64,000 nucleotides of DNA. Origin: a candidate division WOR-3 bacterium (GTDB taxonomy: Bacteria; Hydrothermota; Hydrothermia; JBDRYB01). The stretch lies in the NCBI GenBank assembly GCA_039803205.1, contig JBDRYB010000001.1, positions 377,913 through 441,912 of the forward strand, in the 5' to 3' direction. The translations under genes and the position numbers were made by a program. Shown here one piece after another: positions 39,433-48,979 of this stretch (position 1 is its first letter; the number at the start of each line of letters is the position of its first letter). The notes beneath the pieces were generated by a model. The model was not told the DNA's origin. It saw only the letters and a program-made list of their open reading frames with translations, and made no database searches.

Positions 39433-40716
39433 ATGGAAAAGGTCTCAGAAGAAGAAAGAGACAAGCCCCCCTCGCGAGGGGGGGCTGCGGTTGGAGTGGC
39501 CTCGGTGCCACTAGAGGAAAGGGCCCTGTGGGATAGCTGGCAGTGGCAGTTAGCCCACGCGGTCCGAAAAGCCGAAGACCTCCGGAAGTATCTCGTATTG
39601 TCCCCTGAGGAAGAAGCTGTCCTGAGAGCAGTGGAGTCCGTCTACCCAATAATGGCGACCCCATACTACCTTTCCCTCATAGATCCATATGACCCTGATG
39701 ATCCCATAAGAAAGCAGGTCATACCCTCTCAAGAGGAGCTGGGCCAGCGCGGAACGGAGGACCCCCTGGATGAGGAGGCTGACAGCCCTGTTCCTGGCTT
39801 GACGCACAGGTATCCGGACAGGGTCCTCATGGTCGTGACCAATTTCTGTCCTGTCTGGTGCAGGCATTGCACCCGAAAAAGGCTTTGGAAGCGACACGCG
39901 TGCAAAAAAGCGTATACCCTGCGCAACCTCCCTGACATGATCCAATACATAAGAACCCATACGGAAATAAGGGATGTGATCCTTTCCGGCGGAGACCCAT
40001 TGACCCTTCCGACCCCCACCCTTGAGAGGATAATCTCTCAGCTCCGGGCAATACCGCATGTGGAGATAATCCGCATAGGAACAAGGGTTCCAGTGACACT
40101 GCCGCAAAGGCTCTGGGATACGGAGCTCCTCTCCGTCCTTGACAGGAACGGCCCCATATGGGTCAATACCCATTTCAACCACCCGAAGGAGATAACCCCT
40201 GAGGCCGCTAGGGCCGTTGACAACCTCTTGAGGGCAGGGGTTCCAGTGAACAACCAGTCCGTCCTCCTGGCAGGCGTGAACGACAGCGTCAAGGTCATGC
40301 GGGAGCTTGTAACGGGGCTTCTCAGGATCAAGGTGAGGCCATACTACCTCTATCATTGCGACCCCGTCCAAGGCGCCATGCACTTCAGGACATCCCTTGA
40401 GAAGGGGCTGGAGATAATGGAAGGGCTTCGGGGACATGTGTCTGGCCTCGCTGTGCCCACATATGTCGTTGACGCGCCTGGCGGTGCTGGCAAGATACCG
40501 GTCATGCCTAACTACATGGTCTCATGGGCAGAGGATGGCGTGGTCCTCAGGAACTACGAGGGGATCCTGGTAAAATACAATCCAAAAGGAAACGGGGCAT
40601 CCGGCAAACCCGCTCCCGAAAGCGTCTCTGACCTCCTTTCCGAAGGCGGAAGGCTAGTGCCCGAGGGGAACCCTCGGATGCAAAGAAGGAGAGCGCGCCA
40701 AGGCCGCAGGTTATAG
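39433..40716 (+). CDS. kamA: KamA-family radical SAM/PLP enzyme, lysine 2,3-aminomutase-like
   Basis: HRYPDR, CPVWCRHC, SGGDPL, HFNHP.E, RPYYLYHCD, VDAPGGAGKIP. Confidence 0.9.
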   Translation: MEKVSEEERDKPPSRGGAAVGVASVPLEERALWDSWQWQLAHAVRKAEDLRKYLVLSPEEEAVLRAVESVYPIMATPYYLSLIDPYDPDDPIRKQVIPSQEELGQRGTEDPLDEEADSPVPGLTHRYPDRVLMVVTNFCPVWCRHCTRKRLWKRHACKKAYTLRNLPDMIQYIRTHTEIRDVILSGGDPLTLPTPTLERIISQLRAIPHVEIIRIGTRVPVTLPQRLWDTELLSVLDRNGPIWVNTHFNHPKEITPEAARAVDNLLRAGVPVNNQSVLLAGVNDSVKVMRELVTGLLRIKVRPYYLYHCDPVQGAMHFRTSLEKGLEIMEGLRGHVSGLAVPTYVVDAPGGAGKIPVMPNYMVSWAEDGVVLRNYEGILVKYNPKGNGASGKPAPESVSDLLSEGGRLVPEGNPRMQRRRARQGRRL

Positions 40717-40752
40717 GGTTTTCTCACGAAGAGCCAGCCATGAGGAGCCAAT

Positions 40753-41748
40753 ATGAAAATAGGCATATCCTATGACCTTTTTACCCCTTCGCTAGTCAAG
40801 GATGGCCCACCTGACCTTTATGAGGAATGGGATCAGGAGGTCACCATAAGAGCCATAGCAGAATCCATCTCAAAGTTGGGCCATGAACCCCTTCTCCTGG
40901 GTGGCGGAAGGGGCTTCCTTGAGAGGGTCTTGTCTGATCCGCCCGATCTGGTTTTCAACATAGCAGAAGGATACGGCACACGCTCCAGAGAGGCGCACAT
41001 TCCCGCTATACTGGAGTTTCTTGGGATCCCATACACGGGCTCAGACCCCCTTACCCTTGCCCTGACCCTTGACAAAGAGATGACCAAGATAGTTGTTTCT
41101 TCGGCCGGGGTAAGGGTTCCGGTTTCCCAAACGGTGGAGACGGTATCCGATCTTGAGAGGATTGATTTTCCCTTCCCGGCCATACTCAAGCTCAGGTGGG
41201 AGGGAAGCTCAATGGGGCTAAGACGAAACTCCAAGGTCAAAAACCGCGATGAGATGATCTCGGTTGGGAAGTGGCTCCTTGAGACATATTCTAGACCCAT
41301 TATCGTTGAGGAGTTCATCCCAGGAAAGGAGATAACCGTAGCGGTTGTGGGCAACGGGTCCGAAACGAGGGTCCTCGCGAGCCTACTCATTGAGCATGTC
41401 TCAGTTCCGCCGGAGGAGTTCGTCTATTCCCTTGAAGTAAAGCACAACTGGCGAGAGGAGATAAGATACACGGTTAATCCTCCCCTTGATCCAGGAACAA
41501 TTTCTTCCTTGGAGGAATCGGCTCTGGCCGCATACAGGGTTCTCGGTTGTCGTGATGTATCAAGGCTTGACTTCAGGCTTGGCCCGGACGGAACACCATA
41601 CTTCCTTGAGGTGAACCCACTGCCCGGCCTCAATCCGACCCATTCTGATCTCTGGATAATGATAGACCAGCTTGGGATCCCGTATCACGAGCTCATAGGG
41701 GAGATCCTGGGCGCGGCAATGAAAAGGTTGGGGATGGGGCCCAGTTAA
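40753..41748 (+). CDS. D-Ala-D-Ala ligase-like ATP-grasp enzyme
   Basis: FNIAEG, YTGSD, EGSSMG, EEFIPGKE, RLDFR, EVNPLPGL. Confidence 0.88.
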   Translation: MKIGISYDLFTPSLVKDGPPDLYEEWDQEVTIRAIAESISKLGHEPLLLGGGRGFLERVLSDPPDLVFNIAEGYGTRSREAHIPAILEFLGIPYTGSDPLTLALTLDKEMTKIVVSSAGVRVPVSQTVETVSDLERIDFPFPAILKLRWEGSSMGLRRNSKVKNRDEMISVGKWLLETYSRPIIVEEFIPGKEITVAVVGNGSETRVLASLLIEHVSVPPEEFVYSLEVKHNWREEIRYTVNPPLDPGTISSLEESALAAYRVLGCRDVSRLDFRLGPDGTPYFLEVNPLPGLNPTHSDLWIMIDQLGIPYHELIGEILGAAMKRLGMGPS

Positions 41749-41781
41749 AAAGGCCCCGCCCAGGGCCAGCCCTGGGCGGGG
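41747..41781. terminator. Intrinsic terminator between convergent genes
   Basis: CCCCGCCCAGGG-ccag-CCCTGGGCGGGG with A-tract on the left. Confidence 0.8.
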
Positions 41782-41798
41782 GTTAGAGCACCTCCCGA

Positions 41799-43544
41799 CT
41801 ACCTTATTACCGATACTCTGCCTCCGGTTCCGAGAAGTCGCCACAGGTAGACTCCCTCTGGCAAATACGGCAATCTCATGGTGGTGGTTTTGCCTCTTGG
41901 CAAGGGTCCGAAGGTCCAGACCTCCCTCCCGTCAACCGAGTAGAGGTGCAGATAGCTCCCCTCGGGTGGTTCGCCCTCTATCCTTATGGCGTTCAGGGAT
42001 GGGATGAAGAGGACCCTCAGTCCGCCGCCCACGCCATCCTCCTCCTGGGCGCCTACATAAACCGGCGCAATGGGTCTTGCAAAAAAGACATCTGAGTTGT
42101 GAGAGATGTAAGGGGTGTTCCATACCACCACCGGCATGCTGCCGCTGAGCTCGGAGCGAGAACTCAGCGAGAGACAGCCCTCAGCTGGCTCCACTCCATA
42201 GAGGAGCTCATTTGAGATAACGAGGGAGTCAAGGGATAAACCATCGGGTAAGCACCAGCTGGACCGTTTATCCACACCCTCAGCCGGACACATTAAAAAC
42301 TTTATGTTTCCAAGGCTATCGTTCTCACGATCGCAGTATTCGGTAAAGTAAAATACATTTGATTGGCCAGCATCAAACTGAACGCCATCCGGTGAGACCC
42401 TGGGGGATCTGGTTTCCTCGTTGCCGGTCTCCATCCAATAACCTCCCCAGGTTGCCCCGAGGTCCTTCGTGTAGAAGGCATAGACATCGTGATCGGATCT
42501 CCCGTATTTCAAGGCCACGAAGGCTACAGCCTCGTTTCGGCCCTGCGCGCCCGCCACCGAAAGCTCGGACACCGGATAAGGGATGTCCGCGTAGATCGCC
42601 CTCCATGAAGCCCCGTGATTCAATGTGGAGAAGATGTGGACCCTCTGAGCCTCTTCGGGCAGTGAATTTTCCGCGTTTGCTTTGAAAACAAGATAGGTAG
42701 CCCTATCCGTTGACCAGATCTCAGGGCCACCCCTATAACACCTGTCACCGCCAACAGAAAGGACCTTTGCCCATGGCGCGTAGCGTGAGCCCCTGAAGAC
42801 CCACAGGTATTGGATGCCCGAGAGGCGGTTCGTGGCTCTCGCAGGGATAAATGCCTTGTTCTCGGAACCGCGACCCCTTTCAACCGAAAGGGCGATCTCA
42901 GAGACATCAAAATCAGGCTCTGCTGAGACCCATGTGCTCTGGAATGTCTCAGAGGGCCTATCCGAGGCAAAAGAGGCAACCTCAAGACCCCTGTGCCCCA
43001 AACCCTTCCCATCCTTCCAGTATGAGGCAAAAGCCAAATACACGATATTCGGGGTAGGGCCCGGGTCTATGAACATTTGGGGGGGTCCAACGGGGCCTCC
43101 ATACGAGTTGTATATCCCCAAAACCAATGCCCAAGTGAGGCCCCTGTCAGTGGAGCGGAATATCCTTATGTGGCTGTTGGATTCCTCATCCACCAGCAAG
43201 GCAACCCAGATGTTTCCGCTTGCATCAACGGCAACCGAGGGAACCCGCTCATTATCATCCGCAGGCGATATCGGGATCGGGGATAACCAGCCTCCTCCAT
43301 CGTAAAATGGCAAGCCGCGAGGAGGCGAGGGGGCGCAAGCCACCGCGAACGAGGGCAGAAGCCCCCCGGTGGCCTCAGAACGAACCTCTGAAGAGCTCAT
43401 TACTTCAGGGACAGAAATCTTTATGGGGAAAGCCTTCCCCAAAACCGGGGCGCTGGTGTCATTGTCTTCTGTGATATTAGTCGTGGCCCCTATGGGGTGG
43501 GCAAATACGAACGAAAGCCCTATCCCTACAAGCAACAATCTCAT
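41799..43544 (-). CDS. Secreted BNR/Asp-box (sialidase-like propeller) protein with T9SS-type CTD
   Basis: STDRGLTW, TLNHGASW, TKDLGATW; C-terminal LYSVDGREV...EGVYL. Confidence 0.7.
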   Translation of the reverse strand: MRLLLVGIGLSFVFAHPIGATTNITEDNDTSAPVLGKAFPIKISVPEVMSSSEVRSEATGGLLPSFAVACAPSPPRGLPFYDGGGWLSPIPISPADDNERVPSVAVDASGNIWVALLVDEESNSHIRIFRSTDRGLTWALVLGIYNSYGGPVGPPQMFIDPGPTPNIVYLAFASYWKDGKGLGHRGLEVASFASDRPSETFQSTWVSAEPDFDVSEIALSVERGRGSENKAFIPARATNRLSGIQYLWVFRGSRYAPWAKVLSVGGDRCYRGGPEIWSTDRATYLVFKANAENSLPEEAQRVHIFSTLNHGASWRAIYADIPYPVSELSVAGAQGRNEAVAFVALKYGRSDHDVYAFYTKDLGATWGGYWMETGNEETRSPRVSPDGVQFDAGQSNVFYFTEYCDRENDSLGNIKFLMCPAEGVDKRSSWCLPDGLSLDSLVISNELLYGVEPAEGCLSLSSRSELSGSMPVVVWNTPYISHNSDVFFARPIAPVYVGAQEEDGVGGGLRVLFIPSLNAIRIEGEPPEGSYLHLYSVDGREVWTFGPLPRGKTTTMRLPYLPEGVYLWRLLGTGGRVSVIR

Positions 43545-43691
43545 TAAATCTAGCCTCCTTGTTCTTTCTTCTTTGGATCACACTCAAATAATAAACCAAA
43601 ACGCGTGGACTGTCAAGGGCCAAGACCAGTTTTTAGCCCTTGAACCCTTGTGGTTGGAATTCATGCAGGAAGCGGGTTGAAACATCATCCC

Positions 43692-43732
43692 TTGGTTCGG
43701 TGATCTGTAATTTTGAAACATGCGTGCCCCGC
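43692..43732. repeat. Dispersed ~40-bp repeat, copy 2 (dif-like architecture)
   Basis: TTGGTTCGGTGATCTGTAATTTTGAAACA. Confidence 0.75.
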
Positions 43733-43738
43733 GTTTCC

Positions 43739-45115
43739 CTATTTCCTTATCCTCCTGTAAGGCTCCTTGCTGGGCAGGGAATAATCCGGGTATTTCCCCG
43801 TGAAACACGCGTAGCAAAAACGATCAGCCTCTTCCGCGAGGATCGTTCTCAGGTCGCTTATGTCCAGGTATCTGACCGAATCCGCGCCCAAAAATTCCCT
43901 TATCTCCTCTATTGAACGGCTGGAGGCGAGAAGTTCTTCTTTGGTTGGCATATCTATGCCGAAGAAACAAGGGTGAGTCAAAGGGGGCGATGCTATCCTT
44001 AGGTGAACCTCGCGGGCCCCAAAATCCCGAAGCAGTTCAACTATGAGCCTGCTAGTTGTTCCCCTGACTATGCTGTCATCCACGAGGGCGATGCTTGCGC
44101 CCTCAAGCACTCCTCGCAGCGGCAGTAATTTGTTCCTGACCACATCACGCCGAGAGGTAACTGTGGGCTGGATGAAGCTCCTGCCAACATAGTGGTTTCT
44201 TATGAGAGCCATCTCAAGGGGTTTGCCCGATGCCTCGGAGAAACCCAGGGCCGCGGGGAGCCCTGAATCTGGAACCGGCGAGACAAGGTCTATCTCCATG
44301 TCTTCACGGAGGGCCAGGGCCTTCCCGCAGGCCTTGCGGAATGCATAAGCGCTGTGGCCAAAGATCCTGCTATCCGGCCTTCCGAAATATATGAGCTCAA
44401 AGACGCACTGGGCCTCCGGTAGTGTGATCTCTATCCTGCCAGAGGCGATCTGTTTGCCCTCTCGGAAAACTACTATCTCGCCCCTGGCCATTTCCCTAAT
44501 CGGTTCTGCTCCAACCAGGTTGAAAGCAGAATCCTCGGACGAAAGCACAAACGCGTCCCCGAGTTTCCCGACCCAAAGGGGCCTGAACCCGTGGGGGTCC
44601 CTCACGGCTATGAGGGAGTTGTCGTGAAGGAGAAGGAGAGAATAAGCGCCGGTAAGGGACCTGGCTATGGAATTGAGCCTATTTATGGGGTCTCCCTCCT
44701 CAGTGACATACAGCTTGAAAAGCGCTTCGGTGTCCGAGTCCGTTGAGAATATCATCCCTTTTTCCTCAAGCCTGGCAACGAGCTCGTTCGCGTTTGAGAG
44801 GTTTCCGTTGTGAGCTATAGCGTAGCGTGTTCCCCTGTGAACAGCGACAAAAGGTTGAGCGTTTGCCAGGGCTGATGCGCCGTGGGTTGAATACCGTGTG
44901 TGGCCTATGGCCGCGGTCCCCACTGTATCCCTCAGCGGATTCTGAAACATCACCTGGGGCACGAGACCAACCCCTTTGTGAACCCTAATATCATTCCCAT
45001 CGTGAATGGCCATCCCCGCGGCCTCCTGGCCGCGGTGTTGGAGGGCGAAAAGCCCCTCTGAGATCAAATCGGCCAGCTTATCTGGAGGGCTTGATATTCC
45101 AAATATGCCACACAT
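43739..45115 (-). CDS. purF: Amidophosphoribosyltransferase
   Basis: MCGI N-terminus, LQHRGQE, GHTRYST, VDDSIVRGTT, CYACF. Confidence 0.97.
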   Translation of the reverse strand: MCGIFGISSPPDKLADLISEGLFALQHRGQEAAGMAIHDGNDIRVHKGVGLVPQVMFQNPLRDTVGTAAIGHTRYSTHGASALANAQPFVAVHRGTRYAIAHNGNLSNANELVARLEEKGMIFSTDSDTEALFKLYVTEEGDPINRLNSIARSLTGAYSLLLLHDNSLIAVRDPHGFRPLWVGKLGDAFVLSSEDSAFNLVGAEPIREMARGEIVVFREGKQIASGRIEITLPEAQCVFELIYFGRPDSRIFGHSAYAFRKACGKALALREDMEIDLVSPVPDSGLPAALGFSEASGKPLEMALIRNHYVGRSFIQPTVTSRRDVVRNKLLPLRGVLEGASIALVDDSIVRGTTSRLIVELLRDFGAREVHLRIASPPLTHPCFFGIDMPTKEELLASSRSIEEIREFLGADSVRYLDISDLRTILAEEADRFCYACFTGKYPDYSLPSKEPYRRIRK

Positions 45116-46200
45116 CAGAGCGAACCCTTCACTGCCGAGACTATCTCCCCGGGCGTTATGACCCTGGCGTTCAGCTTGTTTATTCCAATGACCCGTCCTG
45201 AGAAGCGTTTCTTGACCTCCTCGGAGAGCCTTCCCGTGTTCATCTCGGGGACGAATATCTTCTCAAAACGAGAGAAGACTTCGTCCAGCTCCGGGAAAGG
45301 CCAGAGGGTCCTTGGCCTTATAAGCCCAGCCTTTATTCCCTCCTTTCTGAGACGCAGGGCAGCGGCAAACCCAGCCCTCGCGGATACCCCAGCTGAGAAA
45401 ATGAGGACCTCCGCGTCATCGGTCATGTGGGATTCCCAGTCGTCTATCTCGGCCCTGTTTTTCAGTATCTTTCCTGTGAGGTGCTTTATCAGGCGCTCCT
45501 GAGCATGGGGATCCTGGGTTTTTCTCCAACCATAAGCGTCGTGAGTTGAACCCGTTACCAAGAGCGCCTCTCCATCACCGAAAGAGGGCATGCGCGCGAC
45601 CCGGCTCTCGTCCATGTCAAAAGGAGGGCCGTTCCCCTCATTATCCCTCTCGTAGACCTCAATTTCCCCTGGGATGGTGATGTTCTCGCGCAGGTGTGCG
45701 ATGCTCTCCTCGGTCAGGACTATAACAGGAACCCGGAACCTCTCGGAAAGCGAGACCGCTCGCACGCTCAGGTCAAACAGCTCCTGAACTGACCAGGGAT
45801 AGAGAACGATGAGCTCGTAATCGCCTTGTGTTCCCCATCTGACCTGATATATATCGGACTGGGATGGCCTGGTGGCCTGGCCCGTTGCTGGGCCAGCGCG
45901 CTGGACATCTATGAGAACCATCGGTGTTTCTGTTATTATGGCATACCCTATGTTCTCAACCATGAGGGAAAACCCGGGTCCGGAGGTTGCAGTTGCTGAC
46001 TTCACTCCTCCCCAGGACGCGCCTATCACAGCGGATATGGCGGCTATCTCGTCCTCTGCCTGAAAGAAAACCCCGCCTGATTCCCTGAAACGCCGTTCAA
46101 TCGTATACATTATCTCAGAGGCTGGGGTTATAGGGTATCCGCCGAAGAAACGCACACCAGCGCAAAACAGGGCCTCGGCCGCGGCCTCGTTCCCCTGCAT
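45115..46200 (-). CDS. 2-oxoacid:ferredoxin oxidoreductase alpha subunit
   Basis: GNEA, GYPITPASE, QAEDE, TSGPGFSLM, PEMN; start uncertain (46200-46248). Confidence 0.9.
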   Translation of the reverse strand: MQGNEAAAEALFCAGVRFFGGYPITPASEIMYTIERRFRESGGVFFQAEDEIAAISAVIGASWGGVKSATATSGPGFSLMVENIGYAIITETPMVLIDVQRAGPATGQATRPSQSDIYQVRWGTQGDYELIVLYPWSVQELFDLSVRAVSLSERFRVPVIVLTEESIAHLRENITIPGEIEVYERDNEGNGPPFDMDESRVARMPSFGDGEALLVTGSTHDAYGWRKTQDPHAQERLIKHLTGKILKNRAEIDDWESHMTDDAEVLIFSAGVSARAGFAAALRLRKEGIKAGLIRPRTLWPFPELDEVFSRFEKIFVPEMNTGRLSEEVKKRFSGRVIGINKLNARVITPGEIVSAVKGSL

Positions 46201-46228
46201 GAATCCAGGCCCGTGTTTTATCGGAGTC

Positions 46229-46459
46229 TCATACCTCCTGAGAGGCAATTTCCTTCACCTCCGTGGCGAAATCAGGACAATATATCACGCAAAGCTGACA
46301 ACCGTTGCAGTTCTCTGGCCTCGCGACCGTGACCGGTTTGAAACCGCCCGGGCCAGGCAGATCCTCAATTGAAAAGACATCCCTGGGACACATATAAAAG
46401 CAAATGTAGCATCCCTTGCATAGCTCCTGGATTATGATGACCTCAAAGGACTTGTTCAA
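46229..46459 (-). CDS. 2x[4Fe-4S] ferredoxin (oxidoreductase delta subunit)
   Basis: CKGCYICFYMCP and CNGCQLCVIYCPDFA. Confidence 0.92.
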   Translation of the reverse strand: MNKSFEVIIIQELCKGCYICFYMCPRDVFSIEDLPGPGGFKPVTVARPENCNGCQLCVIYCPDFATEVKEIASQEV

Positions 46460-46520
46460 GCGTAAATTTTAATTCCGGGCAATGATGGGAGGCAACACCA
46501 ACATGGATTATAATTTGGTC

Positions 46521-47090
46521 ATGATCCTCGTTTCTCTTTTCCTTTACTCGCAGGTGGAGCCTCAGGCAATGGGGCTCGTGGACGCGCTGATAATAGAGGC
46601 GCCAAAGGGCTTGGTTAAGGAGGTTCAGGTTGCCGGCAAGACATACGAGTCCGGATGGAAACCCTGCGGATGGTTGGAGTTCTCTCCGGGGCCGTTCAGC
46701 TTTGTCATTCTGCCGGGGGTGAAGCTTAAGGAGGGCCAGGACATCACCATCGTTTATCCAGATGGCGGAATGAGCATAACGAGGCCCCTGGCAGTGGGTC
46801 AGAAGTTTCTTGCCCTCGCTGATGCGGGCACAGGGACGATCTGCATTATCACCAAGGCCAAGGTATACGAGATAGTTGCAACCCAAGGAGAAGATGAGGT
46901 CTGGTATGCTGATCTCTCTGAGTTCTGGAAATACGACGAGCCAGAATCAGGGGTGGAGCTTCTTGAGGCCGGGGATTGTGGGATATGGGGATACTATGAG
47001 GAGGGTTTATCTCTGAGTCGGGGAACCCTTTCGGTTGAGATCACGGATGCCTCCGGGAAGAAAACCGCTATAAGCGTCGAGGCGCGGTAG
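46521..47090 (+). CDS. Hypothetical exported protein
   Basis: MILVSLFLYSQ start with TATAAT 6 nt upstream. Confidence 0.55.
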   Translation: MILVSLFLYSQVEPQAMGLVDALIIEAPKGLVKEVQVAGKTYESGWKPCGWLEFSPGPFSFVILPGVKLKEGQDITIVYPDGGMSITRPLAVGQKFLALADAGTGTICIITKAKVYEIVATQGEDEVWYADLSEFWKYDEPESGVELLEAGDCGIWGYYEEGLSLSRGTLSVEITDASGKKTAISVEAR

Positions 47091-47131
47091 CCGATAGGAC
47101 TTTTGAATCCCTCACGAGGAGGTTTCTTCTG

Positions 47132-48751
47132 CTATCTAGTAACCGTGAATTTATCCGTAAGCACCCTCTCACCCGCTATTGCTCTGAGGATGTAGACGCC
47201 GGGCTTCTCAATCACTACGGGAATGTTGTGGGCTCCAGAAGCCAATTCCTCAGCCAGCTCAAAAACGAGCGCGCCCTTGGCATCGTAAACCGATATCCTA
47301 ACCAGGCAGGGCTCGGGCAAAAGGAGGGCTATGTTTCCTTTGCCACGCGTAGGGTTGGGAGAGAACCCCAGGCAAAAATCCCTTACCGGCCTTGTCTCAT
47401 CGGCAACCAAAGGCCCCGTCCCATCCCACAGATACACCCAGCACGAGAGGTCAGAAGAGGACGCCTCAAGAAGGCCATCGCCATCAGCATCCCCGAAAGA
47501 AACAGAGGTGTGGAAGGCATATTCAGAATTGCCCCAATCCCAGACTATCGTCCCGGGGGATCCGAAGTATCCGCCCCCAGAAATAACCTTAAACCTCACT
47601 CCAGCAACGGTTGCCACATCAAGGGTGTTATCACCCGTGAACCTCCCAACAGCAGGGGTGGGATCAAAGAAATAGTATGTGGCTCCGAGGGAGGTTGAGA
47701 AGAAGTTAGAGCCTCCGCCCTGAACATCAATGCAGTCTATCTTTGAGCTGAAGGCATCGTGGATGACGACCTCGGCAAACCCGTCTCCCGTGAAGTCTCC
47801 GGTTGATGGAGAGGAATAATTGAATGTGGTATCTGGACCAGGATAGCTCCTCAGGAAAAGAAGCGACCCCCCAGCGCTGAGAACTCCCACCTTCGCTGAA
47901 TCATTGGCGTAAACTATTTCAAGGCCAGGAGAGGATGTGATGTTATCTATCGCTGGAGTTGAACGCACATTCTTTCCGGTCTGATAAGCCCAGATCTGAG
48001 ACCCAGTAAGCGCGTTCAGGCAATAAATGTTCCCGTTGTCAGAACCGCAGACGAGCTCGTATGTGCCGTTGCCGTCAAGGTCGCCAAGTGCAGGAGAGGA
48101 TTGCACATAGGCACCCGTAGGGAAGGACCACCTTTGGTTGTATCCACTACCCGTCCACTCATAGCAACGGATGTCGTTGTCAATTCCGACGAAGATCTCT
48201 GGAAGGCCATCGTTATCAACATCGCAAAGCGCTGGAGAGGAAGCAACCTGATTGCCCGTGTTTATCCAGAGCTCTGTGCCACCGGATTGGTTAAGTATCC
48301 AGAACCCGTTGCTGTGGCCCTCGTCCGATGATGCGCCCACTGCTATTTCATCAACCCCGTCTCCGTCAAGATCCCCTATTGCCGGAGAAGAATAAAGCAC
48401 TACCTGGCCGCCAAGCCTTGTTTGATAGCCGTTGTAATTAAAGATATATATACCCTCGTTCACCGTCTCCTCGTAGTCTCCCCATGTGTCGTATTTCTCG
48501 CTTCCTGGCGAACCAACCAGAACCTCCATCCTGGCGTCGGAGTTGATGTCCTTAAAGGCGGGCGTTGAATACAGGACTATGTCTTCGCCACCATCAGCGT
48601 CCTCTATGAGGTATTTCCATATCAGGGTTCCCGTGCTGAAAGCCCCTTGGCCCGGTGTCCTCCCCGTTCTCTGATAGTCGTGCTTGAACATCCTCCACGC
48701 CGGATCAGCAGGCGAATAGGCCTGCGAAACCAAAGATAGCATCAACAACAT
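47132..48751 (-). CDS. Secreted FG-GAP/PQQ-like beta-propeller protein with T9SS-type CTD
   Basis: Repeated SSPA.GDLDGDG..E; C-terminal PNP...VYDAKG...GVYIL...KFTVTR. Confidence 0.85.
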   Translation of the reverse strand: MLLMLSLVSQAYSPADPAWRMFKHDYQRTGRTPGQGAFSTGTLIWKYLIEDADGGEDIVLYSTPAFKDINSDARMEVLVGSPGSEKYDTWGDYEETVNEGIYIFNYNGYQTRLGGQVVLYSSPAIGDLDGDGVDEIAVGASSDEGHSNGFWILNQSGGTELWINTGNQVASSPALCDVDNDGLPEIFVGIDNDIRCYEWTGSGYNQRWSFPTGAYVQSSPALGDLDGNGTYELVCGSDNGNIYCLNALTGSQIWAYQTGKNVRSTPAIDNITSSPGLEIVYANDSAKVGVLSAGGSLLFLRSYPGPDTTFNYSSPSTGDFTGDGFAEVVIHDAFSSKIDCIDVQGGGSNFFSTSLGATYYFFDPTPAVGRFTGDNTLDVATVAGVRFKVISGGGYFGSPGTIVWDWGNSEYAFHTSVSFGDADGDGLLEASSSDLSCWVYLWDGTGPLVADETRPVRDFCLGFSPNPTRGKGNIALLLPEPCLVRISVYDAKGALVFELAEELASGAHNIPVVIEKPGVYILRAIAGERVLTDKFTVTR

Positions 48752-48979
48752 ATTACACCTCCCATGATTGGAGACTATATTTTAAGGCTCTGGGTCAAGC
48801 CCGTTCAAGTTTTGCGATCCTTTCCCCCTCTGTGTTATTTCTGATCTCCGACATATCCCCCTGGTCTGAGAAACGACGGGTAGCTCAGCTGAACAGGGCT
48901 CTCATCTACACTACGCCGCGCTCAAATGCCTCGCCGAAGGCCTGGGTAATGTTTCTGGTTTCTAAGCAGGAACGAGCAA

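Noticed and set aside
43630..43690. 6S RNA-like CTTGAACC...GCGGGTTGAA
   Set aside because: No long closing rod could be built around it
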